Below, piece after piece: positions 1-12,119 of a stretch of DNA of 64,000 nt. The DNA lies in the NCBI RefSeq assembly GCF_006345805.1, contig NC_043014.1:35340001-35404000 (forward strand). The letters are read 5' to 3'. The DNA comes from Octopus sinensis (taxonomy: Eukaryota). The position numbers were made by a program, and so were the translations under genes. How positions within the stretch are numbered: position 1 is the first letter of the stretch; each line of letters starts with the position of its first letter. The notes under the pieces are model-generated. The model ran no database searches. It was given only the letters and a program-made list of their open reading frames with translations, and was not told where the DNA came from.

Positions 1-267
1 TATATTCTCGTATATTCCATATTCATTCTTTTATCTTTTATTTGTTATATAAATATTTTTTTCTCTCCTTTTTCTCTCTCCTTTTTTCTCTTCTTTTTTC
101 TCTTCTAAAGAAGCTGATGCAAATCAGTCTTCTCGCGTTCTTGGTTTTGTGATACTTTGGTCTGATAGCATAGATTCGAAAACGATAGGTGGTAGTAAAC
201 TGTGCTAGTCATCATCCGTCCTCTGAGCTGTTGAAGATTCTAAGTACGGATAGCGATAGTGCCCGTA

Positions 268-301
<34 letters not shown>

Positions 302-304
302 ATA

Positions 305-347
<43 letters not shown>

Positions 348-639
348 ATATATATAATATATATATATCAATAATAATAAAGGGTAAAATTAATTAATTA
401 TTTTACCAAGTTGTTCGGTATGTTAAAAGAACCATTATCGGTAAGCTTAAACAAAAATCTTTATAATTATGAGTATAATTATAATTAAGGTTCAGCAAAA
501 ATTTACCTCACCACATTCCGAAATTTAGAAAGAGCAGTTAAAACTAACTATTTCACTACCATAAGAAGATTTTCTTATGGTAGTGAACTCTAATTATAAT
601 TATACTCATAATTATAAAAATGTATATATATATATATCT

Positions 640-652
640 GTTTGTCTGTCTG

Positions 653-751
<99 letters not shown>

Positions 752-778
752 GTCTGTCTATTATCTATCTATCTATCT

Positions 779-827
<49 letters not shown>

Positions 828-852
828 ATCTCTATCTATCTATCCATCTATC

Positions 853-886
<34 letters not shown>

Positions 887-906
887 CATTTATCTATCTA
901 TCTATC

Positions 907-960
<54 letters not shown>

Positions 961-963
961 CAT

Positions 964-1041
<78 letters not shown>

Positions 1042-1060
1042 ATATATATATATATAATAT
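640..1060. repeat. (TATC)n microsatellite, representative of many (TA)n, (TATC)n, (TATG)n, (CA)n and (AAT)n tracts in the window
   Basis: Seen directly. These tracts produce most ORF-track entries. Confidence 0.98.
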
Positions 1061-1299
1061 ATATATACGAAGCTTTTTGCATTGGAAGCCCATGCTTTTA
1101 CGCTTTGATTAGTAAGAAAATGTGTTTTCATTTTCGCAAGTTTATGCAGTATATTTCTTTCGATTTTTTTATGAGGGATTATATCCAGTTGTCTCAATAT
1201 TATAATAATATAATAATGAAATTATTGTATACAGTGCTCAGGTGCACCACAACTTGTCAGAAAGTGCATATAAATTACATGCAGTAATGTAGAAATGTC

Positions 1300-1600
1300 T
1301 GGAAAGCGAACAATGTATGAGTCAGATACATGCATGTGTGTGTATGGAGAGGAGAAGATCAAGTGTAGTGTTGGCGAATCTCAGGAAGCATGGAAGTTTT
1401 GAAGGATGCAGTGCTCCGACAACTAACAACTGATGCCGGCAGTTTGTTCCATGCTTCAGCAACTCTCAGCGTGAAAAAATGTTTCCTGAAGTCATGGGAG
1501 CTGTGCTGTTTTCTTACTTTGTAAATATGTCCACGGGTGTTAGATGGGTGGAGTTTGAAGAGGTGCTCAGAGTTATTGTTTGTGCGATGGTTGATAATTT
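1300..1600 (-). mobile_element. 3' end of a CR1-like LINE
   Basis: Minus translation ...SNTRGHIYKVRKQHSSHDFRKHFFTLRVAEAWNKLPASVV...SFK matches the typical CR1 ORF2 C-terminus. Confidence 0.7.
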
Positions 1601-2299
1601 TACTTAACAGGTTTCACTATTTAGTCTTTCAAAGTTCGCTGATATATTACTGAACACGGTTCTTTTAGCACTGGCCTATCACCTAATATATTTTTTCAGT
1701 GGAGCTGCTCGCTCGAGTGTAGTTCGGGTAAATGTAATCAATTATCCCGTTCTTTTGTATTTCTCTCTCTTTTCTGTAAGGTCCTCCTTAACGTTAACTG
1801 GGTAATCTGTTGCAGTGTGTTTTATTCTGTTTGTAGGGTTGAAGGTGTGTTTTTATTGTGGCTGTATATTTGATTTTATGCCCCTTTGAGGATCTCAATG
1901 GTCTCCATCACCATTTTTGAGTTTTTCTTTTTATACTTGTTTCTTTTGTTTTTAACTTGCTGTAATACCTCTCTTCTTGTATAGTGTATTCTGCACAATT
2001 TTGCTATGTGCTAAGGCGCATTTATTATATGTACTGGTATTTTTGCTGCTGTTGTGTTGCCAGAGTATTATGAATTATGTACACGGTGGATTCTGTTGCA
2101 ATGTTTCACAGGTTAGTGGTCCTTCATGGTATACATAGATGGTTGTTTTGTTTTATTTTCTGCTTGTATTCTTTACATGATCTGCTTTCTTTCAAATCTT
2201 TAGATTTTGTTATTAATTGTTATATTAGAAGAAATACGTTTGCATTAAGTTTACTAACTTTCTATCGAACCCCAATGTAACTCATACATCTCTTTTATA

Positions 2300-2840
2300 G
2301 CAGTGTTGAATATCCTCCTTCTTCCACCTCTTCCTTCTCCTCCTCCTCCTCCTTCTTCTCCTCCTCCTCCCGCCTTTCCTCTTCCTCCTCCTTCCGCCCC
2401 TCTTCCGCCCTCCTCCTCCCGTCCCTCCTCCCGTCCCTCCTCCCGTCCCTCCTCCCGTCCCTCCTCCCGTCCCTCCTCCCGTCCCTCCTCCTGCCCTCCT
2501 CCTCCTCCATCATCTTCTTCCTTCTCCCCTCCCCTCCCGCCCCTTTTCCTCCTCCTCATCTTCTTCCTCCTCCTCATCTTCTTCCTCCTCCTCATCTTCT
2601 TCCTCCTCCTCATCTTCTTCCTCCTCCTCATCTTCTTCCTCCTCCTCATCTTCTTCCTCCTCATCATCTTCTTCCTCCTCCTCATCTTCTTCCTCCTCAT
2701 CATCTTCTTCCTCCTCCTCATCTTCTTCCTTCTCCCCTCCCCTCCCGCCTATTCTCCTCCTCCTCCTCCTTATCTTCTTCTTCTTTTTCTTCTTCTTTCT
2801 TCTTCTTCTTCTTCTTCTTCTTCCTCCTCCTCCTCCTTAT
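2300..2840. repeat. Pyrimidine-only tract with 12-bp (cgtccctcctcc)n and 18-bp (cctcctcctcatcttctt)n minisatellites
   Basis: Seen directly. Ends ~25 nt before the 2864 acceptor. Confidence 0.95.
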
Positions 2841-2863
2841 CGTGATCGTCGTTTATTTTGCAG

Positions 2864-3196
2864 ACTTTATTCCTTCAGTCAAGATAAACCGAGGTACGTG
2901 CATCAGGTTAAAACGGGGCAGCGCGCGAGTGGTGTGCACAGGGTACAGCCAAGAAATGACAACAACATTGAAGTGGTATCTCACCACTGACGAAGGAGAC
3001 TATAAAGAAACCAACGGCGTGGAAACGATAGATTCTCCTCCCAAATATGATTATACCAAATGTGTCTATGTACAAAAAAGCACGATCGTATTGGATTATA
3101 AAGGCAAACGACGAAATGCGAAATGTGTGATGGTTTCAGAAGTCGCTAACAGAAAGGTTGAATTAGTCGATGATGTTTTCAGTGTTGGAAATGAAG
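2864..3196 (+). CDS. Gene P, Ig-like domain exon (DFIPSVKI...VVCTG...LKWY...AKCVM...SVGNE)
   Basis: Acceptor tttattttgcAG at 2862-63 and donor GTgagt at 3197. 333 nt, phase 1-1, open frame. B-strand Cys, C-strand Trp and F-strand Cys have Ig spacing. Confidence 0.85.
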
Positions 3197-3515
3197 GTGA
3201 GTTAATGAGATAGTTTTCCAAAACAGCACCAAGTTTGGTAGTCTGTATTGTTATTGATGTTTGTCTTCAAGTCAGCAGTTATCGAATAATGTTTCTACGC
3301 TTAACTTATGAAATATGTCCTTAATTTTTTGAAGACGTAAGGCTAGGATTTGAGGGTGCTTAGATTCTGTTTCTAACCGCTAAAAAAACCCCCAAAAAAC
3401 AAATGTCTTGAGAGAGATTTTTATCACCCAACACTCGATATAATCAAGGTCAACAAATTCATATAAACAACAGTTTTAATTCTTATAACAATTATGTCAC
3501 TATTTTTGTTTTTGC

Positions 3516-3557
<42 letters not shown>

Positions 3558-3624
3558 TACTATTACTATTATTATTACTATTATTATTACTATTACTATT
3601 ATTATTATTATTATATTATTATTA

Positions 3625-3663
<39 letters not shown>

Positions 3664-3829
3664 CTAACTTATTTAGGCGGTGAGCTGGCAGGATTGTCAG
3701 TACGCTGGACAAAATGCTTAGCAGTAGTTCTTCCATCGCTACCTTCTGAGTTCAAATTCCACTGAGGTCGACTTTACCTTTCATTCCTTTCGGGGTCGAT
3801 AAATTAAGCACATGAACACCCAAAGTGGA

Positions 3830-4984
3830 AAGAGCGCCCTCATCATCAAGACCTAGGAAAAAAAAAACATGCTAGATAATTGATATGATAGTACCTACCG
3901 ATAGAAAATTTCACAGCAAAGGAATTTTAAAAGCTGTCGAAATATAAGGACCTTGAAATTGAAATATCTAGGACGAGGCAATTAAAAACTGTCTTCTGTC
4001 TTTGAGGAAGCTGAAAAATACAAGAAAGAAGTCATAGTACCTGACAACTATGAAGAAAAAGAAGAAACAACAAAGGCTGTAAAACAACTGAAATCCAAAC
4101 TAAAACTGGAACGACAAAGTATCATAATAAAACGATGGCAATAAAAGCCTTTGGATGGCAAATATTGCGATAAGCTAAACAGTAAAAAACAAACATAAAA
4201 AAAAAAACAAAGTAAAATCTCAACAATGGCTGAGAAGCTCAGGATTCAAAGCAGAGACTGAAGGATGTTTAATTACAGTACAAGATCAAAGCCAGCCCAC
4301 CAGAAATCACTAAAAACATAATGAAAAAGAAAAAAAAACAAAATACAAGTAACTGCAGAATATGTGGTGGTAGGGAAGAAACAAGAAACCATATTGTCTC
4401 TGGCTGCCCAGTCCTGGCTAGAAGGAATATATTCAGACATGATAGAATCGGGACCTATATACACGGGAAGCTATGTCAAAACTATGGTATAGACACACCC
4501 CAGAAAAGGTCTCAGAAAATGACAAGGCAACCATACTCTGGGATATTACACAGATAGAAAAATCAAGACTAATAGACCAGATATAGTTGTCAGAGATCAC
4601 CATGAAAACTGCCTTCTAATCGATGTATCAATACCAACAGATGGCAATGTATCTCTAAAAGAAACGAAGAAGCTCTCAAACTACAAAGATCTGGAAATAG
4701 AAGTAACTCGAATGAGGAGTCTAGAAACAGAAAAATCACTATAATAATAGGTGCATTAGGTATAATAAAAAAAAAAGATTCAGAAAAATGCATAAGCAAA
4801 ACACTTGGACTTAGAAACGTATATAATGTACAGAAAATAGCACTACTAGGCATCGCAGACATCCTATGTAAAGCAATTTCAATATAGTGAAAATAAGAGC
4901 ATCACAACAAACAACGACACATATCCAAGACATAGAGAGCTGCGGATGGTAGTGCAGTGAAAACACGTGATAAAATTAAGACTA

Positions 4985-4990
<6 letters not shown>
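3830..4990 (+). mobile_element. R4/Dong-type non-LTR retrotransposon 3' relic (CCHC knuckle + restriction-like endonuclease)
   Basis: CRICGGREETRNHIVSGC, then RPDIVV...LIDVSIP...KYKDL-like and IIIGALG motifs across frameshifts. Confidence 0.8.
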
Positions 4991-5029
<39 letters not shown>

Positions 5030-5044
5030 CATAATAATAATGAT

Positions 5045-5243
5045 CCTTTCTATCTGAAATTTTTTGGGAAGGAATTAGTCGATTGAATCGACACCAGCAC
5101 ACAACTGGCACCTAATTTATCGACTTCGGAAGGATGAAAGGCAAAGTCGACCTCGGCAGAATTGGGAACTCAGAACGTAGCTGCAGACGAAATACCGCTA
5201 AGCATTTCACCCAGCGTGCTAACGATTCTGCCATATCGCCGCC

Positions 5244-5246
<3 letters not shown>
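5045..5246 (-). mobile_element. tRNA-derived SINE family A (other copies ~3675-3815, 11035-11160, 14062-14290, 14638-14860, 26805-26975, 43985-44185)
   Basis: ggcggcga(g/t)(c/a)tggcagaa.cgttagcacgc...gagttc(a/c)aatt...gaggtcgactttgcctttcatcc consensus with B box. Confidence 0.85.
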
Positions 5247-5298
<52 letters not shown>

Positions 5299-5516
5299 TA
5301 ATAATAACAATAACAACAACAACAACAACAAAAAATGAGCAAAAAAAAGAAAAAGCATAGAGGGAAAAGAAAATGTATTGGCAATCATTTTGATTTTAAT
5401 CACCTTATTTTGAAATTGTATGGATAATACCATACTAAACTCTGGTGCCTCAACTCAAGTACCATATTCATCTGAATATCTCTCTCTCTCTCTCCCTCTC
5501 TCCCTCTCACACACGC

Positions 5517-5552
<36 letters not shown>

Positions 5553-5585
5553 GTAAGTGCGTGTCTGTATGAGGTTATCTATCTA

Positions 5586-5648
<63 letters not shown>

Positions 5649-5742
5649 TGGTCTGTCTATCTGCCTACCTGCCTGTCTATCTGTTTGTCTGTATATCTAT
5701 ATTTTAATTTGGCCCTAAAATTGTTTTTGCTTTTGAAAACAG

Positions 5743-6074
5743 TGCCACCCGGAAAGTTACAAATGGTTAAAAAATGCACCGGGGTTCGTAAAGGCGCCGT
5801 GAAAATCGTCTGCTTCGGAGATGTAGGCCATCCAGCCGGCAATCTCAGGATATTCGAAGTAAACGAGGCTAACTCAAGAATATATCAAGTAACCGGAGAC
5901 GAAATGGAGATTAAAGAACCAAAATATATTATGATTCGTGCACTTACTTCGGCAGTGTCTCCTTTTTGCACACCAAAAACAGGCGGTCAACGACGACATA
6001 TATTTGTAAAACACAAGTGTTGATCGGCGATTCGGTTAGACAAACGGAGACAAAATTCCAAGTTCGACCTACAG
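5743..6074 (+). CDS. Gene P, second Ig-like exon with an apparent 1-nt deletion (VPPGKLQ...[12 protein letters not shown]...[fs]...TYICKTQV...QVRPT)
   Basis: Acceptor AG 5741-42, donor GTaagt 6075, length 332 (333-1). Adding one T to the T5 run at 5963-5967 joins the first Cys half to [36 protein letters not shown] and restores phase 1. Confidence 0.75.
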
Positions 6075-6115
6075 GTAAGTAGATGTTTGCACGCGCTCTC
6101 TCTCTCCCTTTCTCA

Positions 6116-6146
<31 letters not shown>

Positions 6147-6235
6147 TCGCATACACACACGCACGCACGCACGTACAAACGCAAAACACACACGCAAACT
6201 TATATGTTTTGTTTACTTGTTCTAGTTGTTCATAA

Positions 6236-6296
<61 letters not shown>

Positions 6297-6298
6297 CT

Positions 6299-6700
6299 TT
6301 ACTCTTTACTCTTTTACTTGTTTCAGTCATTTGACTGCAGCCATGCTGGAGCACCGCCTTTAGTCGAGCAAATCGACCCCGGGACTTATTCTTTGTAAGC
6401 CCAGTACTTATTCTATCGGTCTTTTTGCCGAACCGCTAAGTGACGGGGACGTAAACACACCAGCATCGGAGTTCAAGCAATGCTAGGGGGACAAACACAT
6501 ACACACACATATATATATATATATATATACATACATACGACAGGCTTCTTTCAGTTTCCGTCTACCAAATCCACTCACAAGGCATTGGTCGGCCCGGGGC
6601 TATAGCAGAAGACACTTGGCCAAGATGCCACGCAGTGGGACTGAACCCGGAACCATGTGGCTGGTAAACAAGCTACTTACCACACAGCCACTCCTGCGCC
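6299..6700 (-). mobile_element. tRNA-derived SINE family B, full length
   Basis: A box TGGCTGTGTGG, B box GGTTCAGTCCC, internal (TA/TG)n, tail (gtaaaaga)n. Confidence 0.9.
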
Positions 6701-6712
6701 TATATATATTAA

Positions 6713-6872
6713 AAGTGGGGAAGGCCGGTTTATAGGATTACTGTGGGTTTCACGGCCATCAGGTGTTTGGCCATATGGCGTATCGTCAAAACCCGAAAAT
6801 CTGTTGGTCTTAGGCTAAACACTTTATGGTCGGGATACCCAGGGTAATCCCATAAACCGGCCTTCCCCACTT
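6713..6872. mobile_element. 160-bp MITE with ~29-bp TIRs flanked by TTAA (Kolobok-like signature)
   Basis: TTAA-aagtggggaaggccggtttataggattac ... gtaatcccataaaccggccttccccactt-TTAA, 1 mismatch. Confidence 0.75.
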
Positions 6873-6885
6873 TTAATGTATACTG

Positions 6886-6926
<41 letters not shown>

Positions 6927-7439
6927 CAGTTGAAGATATAGTGTACTCTTTAGGGATTATAAAATCCAGATATCAACTGGAGTATTCTCTCAATATATAG
7001 GGGATAAACAGACCTCATTATATAGGGATAAGCAGATATATACATACATACATACATACATACATACATACATACATACATACATACATACGTACGTACA
7101 TGCTTACATACATATATGTGTGCGTGTGTATGTGAGTATGGTATACCTTTGTGTTTGTGTTTGTTCCCGAACATCGTTTGACAACCAGTGTTGGTATATT
7201 TACGTCTCCGTAATTTACTAGCACTTCCGTCAAAAGAGATCGATAAACTAAGTACCAGAACAAGTACTGGGGTCGATCTGTGTAATTGGATCCTTCACGA
7301 TAGTGCTCCAGTAAGGTTGCATTTCAATGACTGAAACAAGTAAAAGGTAAACGCCAAGGTTCCCGCGTAGTGTTCCTTCACCGCGTACAACAGAAACAAA
7401 CAAACAAACAAACATACAGGTAAACAAACAAAAATAAAT

Positions 7440-8200
7440 GGTTACATGAAAAGCAGTGTTGCCTGTCGAGAAGACTTCACAGATAAAAAGAGGAAGTGGA
7501 TATCGCAGAAATGAGTAAAAGTAGGCGTTTCTCAGTCAAACGAGTAAAGGCGGCGGTAGTTTTTGGTGAAGATATGAGATGCATGTTATGTATATATGTG
7601 TATGGAGGCGTGTCCATCAAGTTCTCATTCAACGACACGGCATTAGATGACGCTGGAGCAGACGCTGAAATACCAGATCTGTCCTCATCAGAGTAGATTT
7701 TTGTAATTTCAAGTGTAGCCACATGCTCTGTTCATTGACTGGCACACTTTGTATGTCTTGACTCCAAAGCAGCCACGTATGGCCCAGGTAGTATTGCTTG
7801 AATTTGAGCCTTCCCTTGAATTTCCATAAACTCTTGTCGTCCAGGGGTATACACAATTCTGAAAAATATTCAGCCACTTCGTCAACGATACCAACCTATC
7901 AGTCGACGTACGTTTAGCTTGACCGGTGCTAGCAAAGGCAACGGCGTATATTTATGTCAACTGCTGCAAAACGCAAAAGCAAATATACAAATGCGGTGGC
8001 GTAAATTAACGCCAACCGATTTAAAGTGGTTAAATTGTATAAAAAACAATTCTCTCTTTATTGTGTCTTTGGTCAGTAAATATTATTTCTTATATGCTTC
8101 TTTCTAGGAAGCAAAGGAAATGACTACTATTCCCTTCCGACTTTGCTTTTGTGACCTGGACATCAATGTTTTAAAACTGACCTATTTTCCATTAAATTCC
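7440..8200 (-). mobile_element. piggyBac transposase relic
   Basis: Frameshifted D(D)KSLWKFKGRLKFKQY, FGVKTYKVCQS...CGYT(W) and KIYSDEDR match piggyBac/PGBD DDD-domain motifs. A TTAA-CCC terminus-like motif lies on the minus strand at 9384-9378. Confidence 0.75.
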
Positions 8201-8612
8201 GGACAGAACCAGCAGAAATATCATTATAGCAAATATTCTGCACAACACAACAGATTTGTTTATCAGTTGCTTGACCATAACCACTTGAACATGTCCGTTA
8301 GTGGCTGACAACACGCGTTACATCTCTGATCTTGAGCAGGAGTTGTGGGCTCACATCATAGCCATGTGTTGGGAGAGATTCCTCGGGGTTTGCATAAATA
8401 TAACAAAAGCAAAGTTTGAAGGAGAAATTAGCCATTTTTCGTACTTTCTAGGTGTAAGCAGATAAATAACAGTTGCTACCCAAGGAGAAAAATCGTATCA
8501 TACAGTGTTATTAATTCAAACCGGGTAGGCTGGGTGCTGTTAGAAAAAACAAAACAAAAAAATATACATGCACGTGTATGTATGTATGTAAGCATGCATG
8601 TATGTATGTATG

Positions 8613-8644
<32 letters not shown>

Positions 8645-9101
8645 AATAATTTAATAAATAAAATATATGCATACATACATATACATACATATATGTACGT
8701 ACCTACATCTATATGTATATATAACATGCATATATATATATATATATATGAGTACAGGATCGCGTTCTGTCCTTACCTTCGAAACAAGCATTGAGTCGAA
8801 CCAGGGACATCTGATGAAGGGGAATATTCCTTGTATTGTTTGTCTTGTACTGTTTTTTCCGTTGAATTAAAAAGTCCGTTTCCTAGTTTTGTTTTTATGT
8901 TTTCGTTTCCCGTTATGTTATACGTTTATGTGGTGTCCTGTACTCATATGTATATATTAGTATATATGCATGTATATTAACATATAGATGTAGGTACGTA
9001 CATATATGTAATGTATGTTTGCATATATTTTATTTATTAAATTATTATATGACTGAGCGCCCTCGCGCGTTTCGTTTCTTTTCTCTCAGTAAGTTTATAA
9101 T

Positions 9102-9143
<42 letters not shown>

Positions 9144-9551
9144 GCATATGTGGGTGTGCATGTAGGTCTCCACACCACACACGCGCGCACGCACGCTCAA
9201 AATGTTTTATTATAAGCAGCTCTCACGATGTAAACATTTCCGGTGTCACATACGTGATGTATGTTTTTTTTAATGTGGTTATCATCTGCGGGATTGCGTC
9301 AGGGGTAAAGTTATTTTAAGAAGCCGAGCGTTAAAAAATATTAAATTTCTCAAACCAGACGAGACAACTCTTCCCGTGGGTTAACGAGAATGATGGGTGT
9401 CGATGTCTCAGTGTTCTTTCACATTAAGTATGTAACATCAGTAATCTTTACATTATTAGAGCTGCTTATAATGCAAAACTTCGTTTTGTTTTACTTGTGC
9501 AGCGCTGTTACACATCAGTAGATAGACTCCTACTACCTGCGTAATATATAT

Positions 9552-9587
<36 letters not shown>

Positions 9588-9905
9588 GTTAATCCAAACA
9601 AGAAAGCACAGAAAAACACAACAACGTGAGGACGTGGAACAAATATAGTATTATTGAACGCTCAGGAAAGAAGGAAAGAAGGGGGGTTTAATGTTTCGAG
9701 CGGAGCTCTTCGTCAGAAACATAGGAGAAGGGAAGATCCATAGAAGGGAAGAGAGGGAAAAAAATCCTAGCGGTACACACACGCGGTCACATTTTGAATA
9801 TATTATATATATATATATATATATATAATATTTAGGTCTCGCGGGTTGAGTCGGGGTTACCACAGTTATAAGGTACTCAATACATAGCAGAGTAAATTAA
9901 TTTTA

Positions 9906-10022
9906 TTTATAGAAGGAGCTTCTACAGGACTAGAACTGTTTCATTCAAATGAAATCATCAGCTTCCTGATGATTTTCATTTGAATGAAACAGTTCTAGTC
10001 CTGTAGAAGCTCCTTCTATAAA
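9906..10022. repeat. Long palindrome, ~56-bp arms, 4-nt loop
   Basis: 9906-9961 is the reverse complement of 9966-10022 apart from a 1-nt indel. Confidence 0.92.
9960..10011 (+). ncRNA. Type I hammerhead-like motif inside a palindrome
   Basis: AGCTTC-CTGATGA-ttttcatttgaat-GAAA-CAG ttctagtc CTG-TA-GAAGCT. Stems I and III pair, stem II is weak and lacks the G-C closing pair. Confidence 0.5.
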
Positions 10023-10664
10023 ATATATATATATATTATATATGTATATATATATATCCCAGACCAGAAAGTCCAATTTGTTTGGATTTGACTTGGGCAT
10101 ACGATGCTGATAGACTGAAATAACAGTAAAATATCGATAGGCAACGTTCTCGCTCACCTGGTTCAGTGTTTTTTATATAACCCTCGGCGTCTTCAAGAGA
10201 CTTTCCTCCGTAGCATCCTTAGTATGTACATCAAGTATGTGTCACCGGTATTGTAGATATACATATGTATGTATGTATGTTATGTATGTATGTATGTATG
10301 TATGTATGTATGTATGTATGTATGTATTATGCATGCATGTATGTATGTATGTATGTATGTATGCATGTATGTATGTATGTATGTATGTATGCATGTATGT
10401 ATGTATGTATGTATGCATGTATGTATGTATGTGTGTGTATGTATGTATGTATCTATCTATGTGTATGTATATATATATATATATATTGAGAGAGAGAGAG
10501 AGAGAGAGAGAGAATGATACATACATGCATCACGTTTATACATACATACAACCATCTATCTATCTATCTATCTATCTATCCATCTATCCATCCATCCATC
10601 CGTCCGTCAGTCAGTCCGTCCATCCATCCATCCATCTATCTATCCATCCATCCATCCATCCATC

Positions 10665-10699
<35 letters not shown>

Positions 10700-10726
10700 T
10701 ATATATAGTTGTTGTTTATTTTCCAG

Positions 10727-10835
10727 ATTTCTTGCCGGCAAGAAAGAGCCAGATGGCAAAGCTTCGGAGCAAGTTTTGCATTCAGCTTTTATATTACTGC
10801 TAATATTTTGGTTTAATTTTTTCACATCATTCTAG
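10727..10835 (+). CDS. Gene P, probable terminal exon encoding a GPI-signal-like tail (...KKEPDGKASEQVLHSAFILLLIFWFNFFTSF*)
   Basis: Acceptor gttgtttattttccAG (10725-26) resembles the 2864 acceptor. TAG at 10833-35 and AATAAA at 10897. The hydrophobic-tail frame needs a +1 correction near the exon start or an unseen exon. Confidence 0.5.
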
Positions 10836-10949
10836 TTATCAAAAAAACTGAAACACTCATTCCTGTCTTCTTTCCTTTAAAATCATTATTATCAAAAATA
10901 AAAAATAGAATTATTATTATTATTGTTGTTATTACTATTATTATTATTA

Positions 10950-11025
<76 letters not shown>

Positions 11026-11162
11026 CTGTTATTGTGAATGCGGTGTGCCGGCAGAATCGTTAGCACGCCAGGGCAAAATGCTTATGAGCATTTTTTCCGT
11101 CACTACATTCTGAGTTCAAATCCCGCTAGGCTCAACTTTGTCCTTCATCCTTTCTGGGTCTC

Positions 11163-11350
11163 TCGTTTACTTGTTTCAGTCATTTGACTGCGGCCATGCT
11201 GGAGTACCGCCTTTAGTCGAGCAAATCGACCCCGGGACTTATTCTTTGTAAGCCTAGTACTTATTCTATCGGTGTCTTTTGCCGAATCGCTAAGTTACAG
11301 GGACGTAAACACACCAACATCGGTTATTAAGCGACGTTGGTGGTGGGGCA

Positions 11351-11408
<58 letters not shown>

Positions 11409-11530
11409 CATATATGCGACGAGCTTTCAGTTTCCGTCTACCAAATCCACTCACAAGGCTTTGGTCGGCCTGAGACTATGGTAGAAGACACTTGCCCAAG
11501 GTGCCGCGCAGTGGGACTGAACCCGGAAAG
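11163..11530 (-). mobile_element. SINE family B, 5' truncated
   Basis: Same body and tail as 6299-6700. Confidence 0.88.
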
Positions 11531-11787
11531 CTGTGGATTTAAGTCAGGTCGCTATATGTGTTAGTAGCGCCACTGGTAAACAATGTAGACTGGTACTACC
11601 TGCGGCATTCTAAAGAGAAAAATAATTGTGTGTGGAAGAAAATGATATAAGTCCGTGTGAGGGATTTAAGAAAAAGAAACAGAATATGAAAAAAATTCTA
11701 TTGAATGAAGATTTTGTTGTAATACATAGTTGAAAAAAATTCTGTATGTGGAGTAAAATAAATAGAATATGAAAAATACACACACAT

Positions 11788-12112
11788 ATACGATGGGCTT
11801 CTTTCAGTTTCCGTCTACCAAATCCACTCACAAGCTTTGGTCGGCCCGAGGCTATAGCAGAAGACACTTGCCTAAGGTGCCATGCACCAGGTTCAGATAT
11901 ATATGTGTGCGTATGTTTGTGTGTCTGTGTTTGTCCCCACCATTGCTTGATAACCGGTGTTGATGAGTTTACGTCCTTGTAACTTAGTGGTTCGGTAAAA
12001 AACACCGATGGAATAAGTACTAGGCTTACAAAGTATCACTCCTGCGATTGATTTGCTCGACTAAAGGCGGTGCTCCAGTATGGCCGTAGTCAAATGACTG
12101 AAACTGTAGGAG
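11788..12112. mobile_element. SINE family B with inverted 5' half
   Basis: 11788-11890 is the 5' half in minus orientation, 11900-12112 the 3' half in plus orientation. Confidence 0.8.
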
Positions 12113-12119
12113 AATTAAA

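Noticed and set aside
577-1287. Long ORFs such as (SIYL)n, (YI)n, (CV)n and (MYVC)n here and throughout the window
   Set aside because: They are translations of TATC, TA, TG and TATG microsatellites with no splice or domain support.
2254-2845. ORFs MRRRKKM... and Pro-rich/hydrophobic LLIFF repeats
   Set aside because: Products of the 18-bp and 12-bp pyrimidine minisatellites.
8790-8840. CTGATGA motif as another hammerhead
   Set aside because: No GAAA follows stem II and no stem I or III pairing was found.
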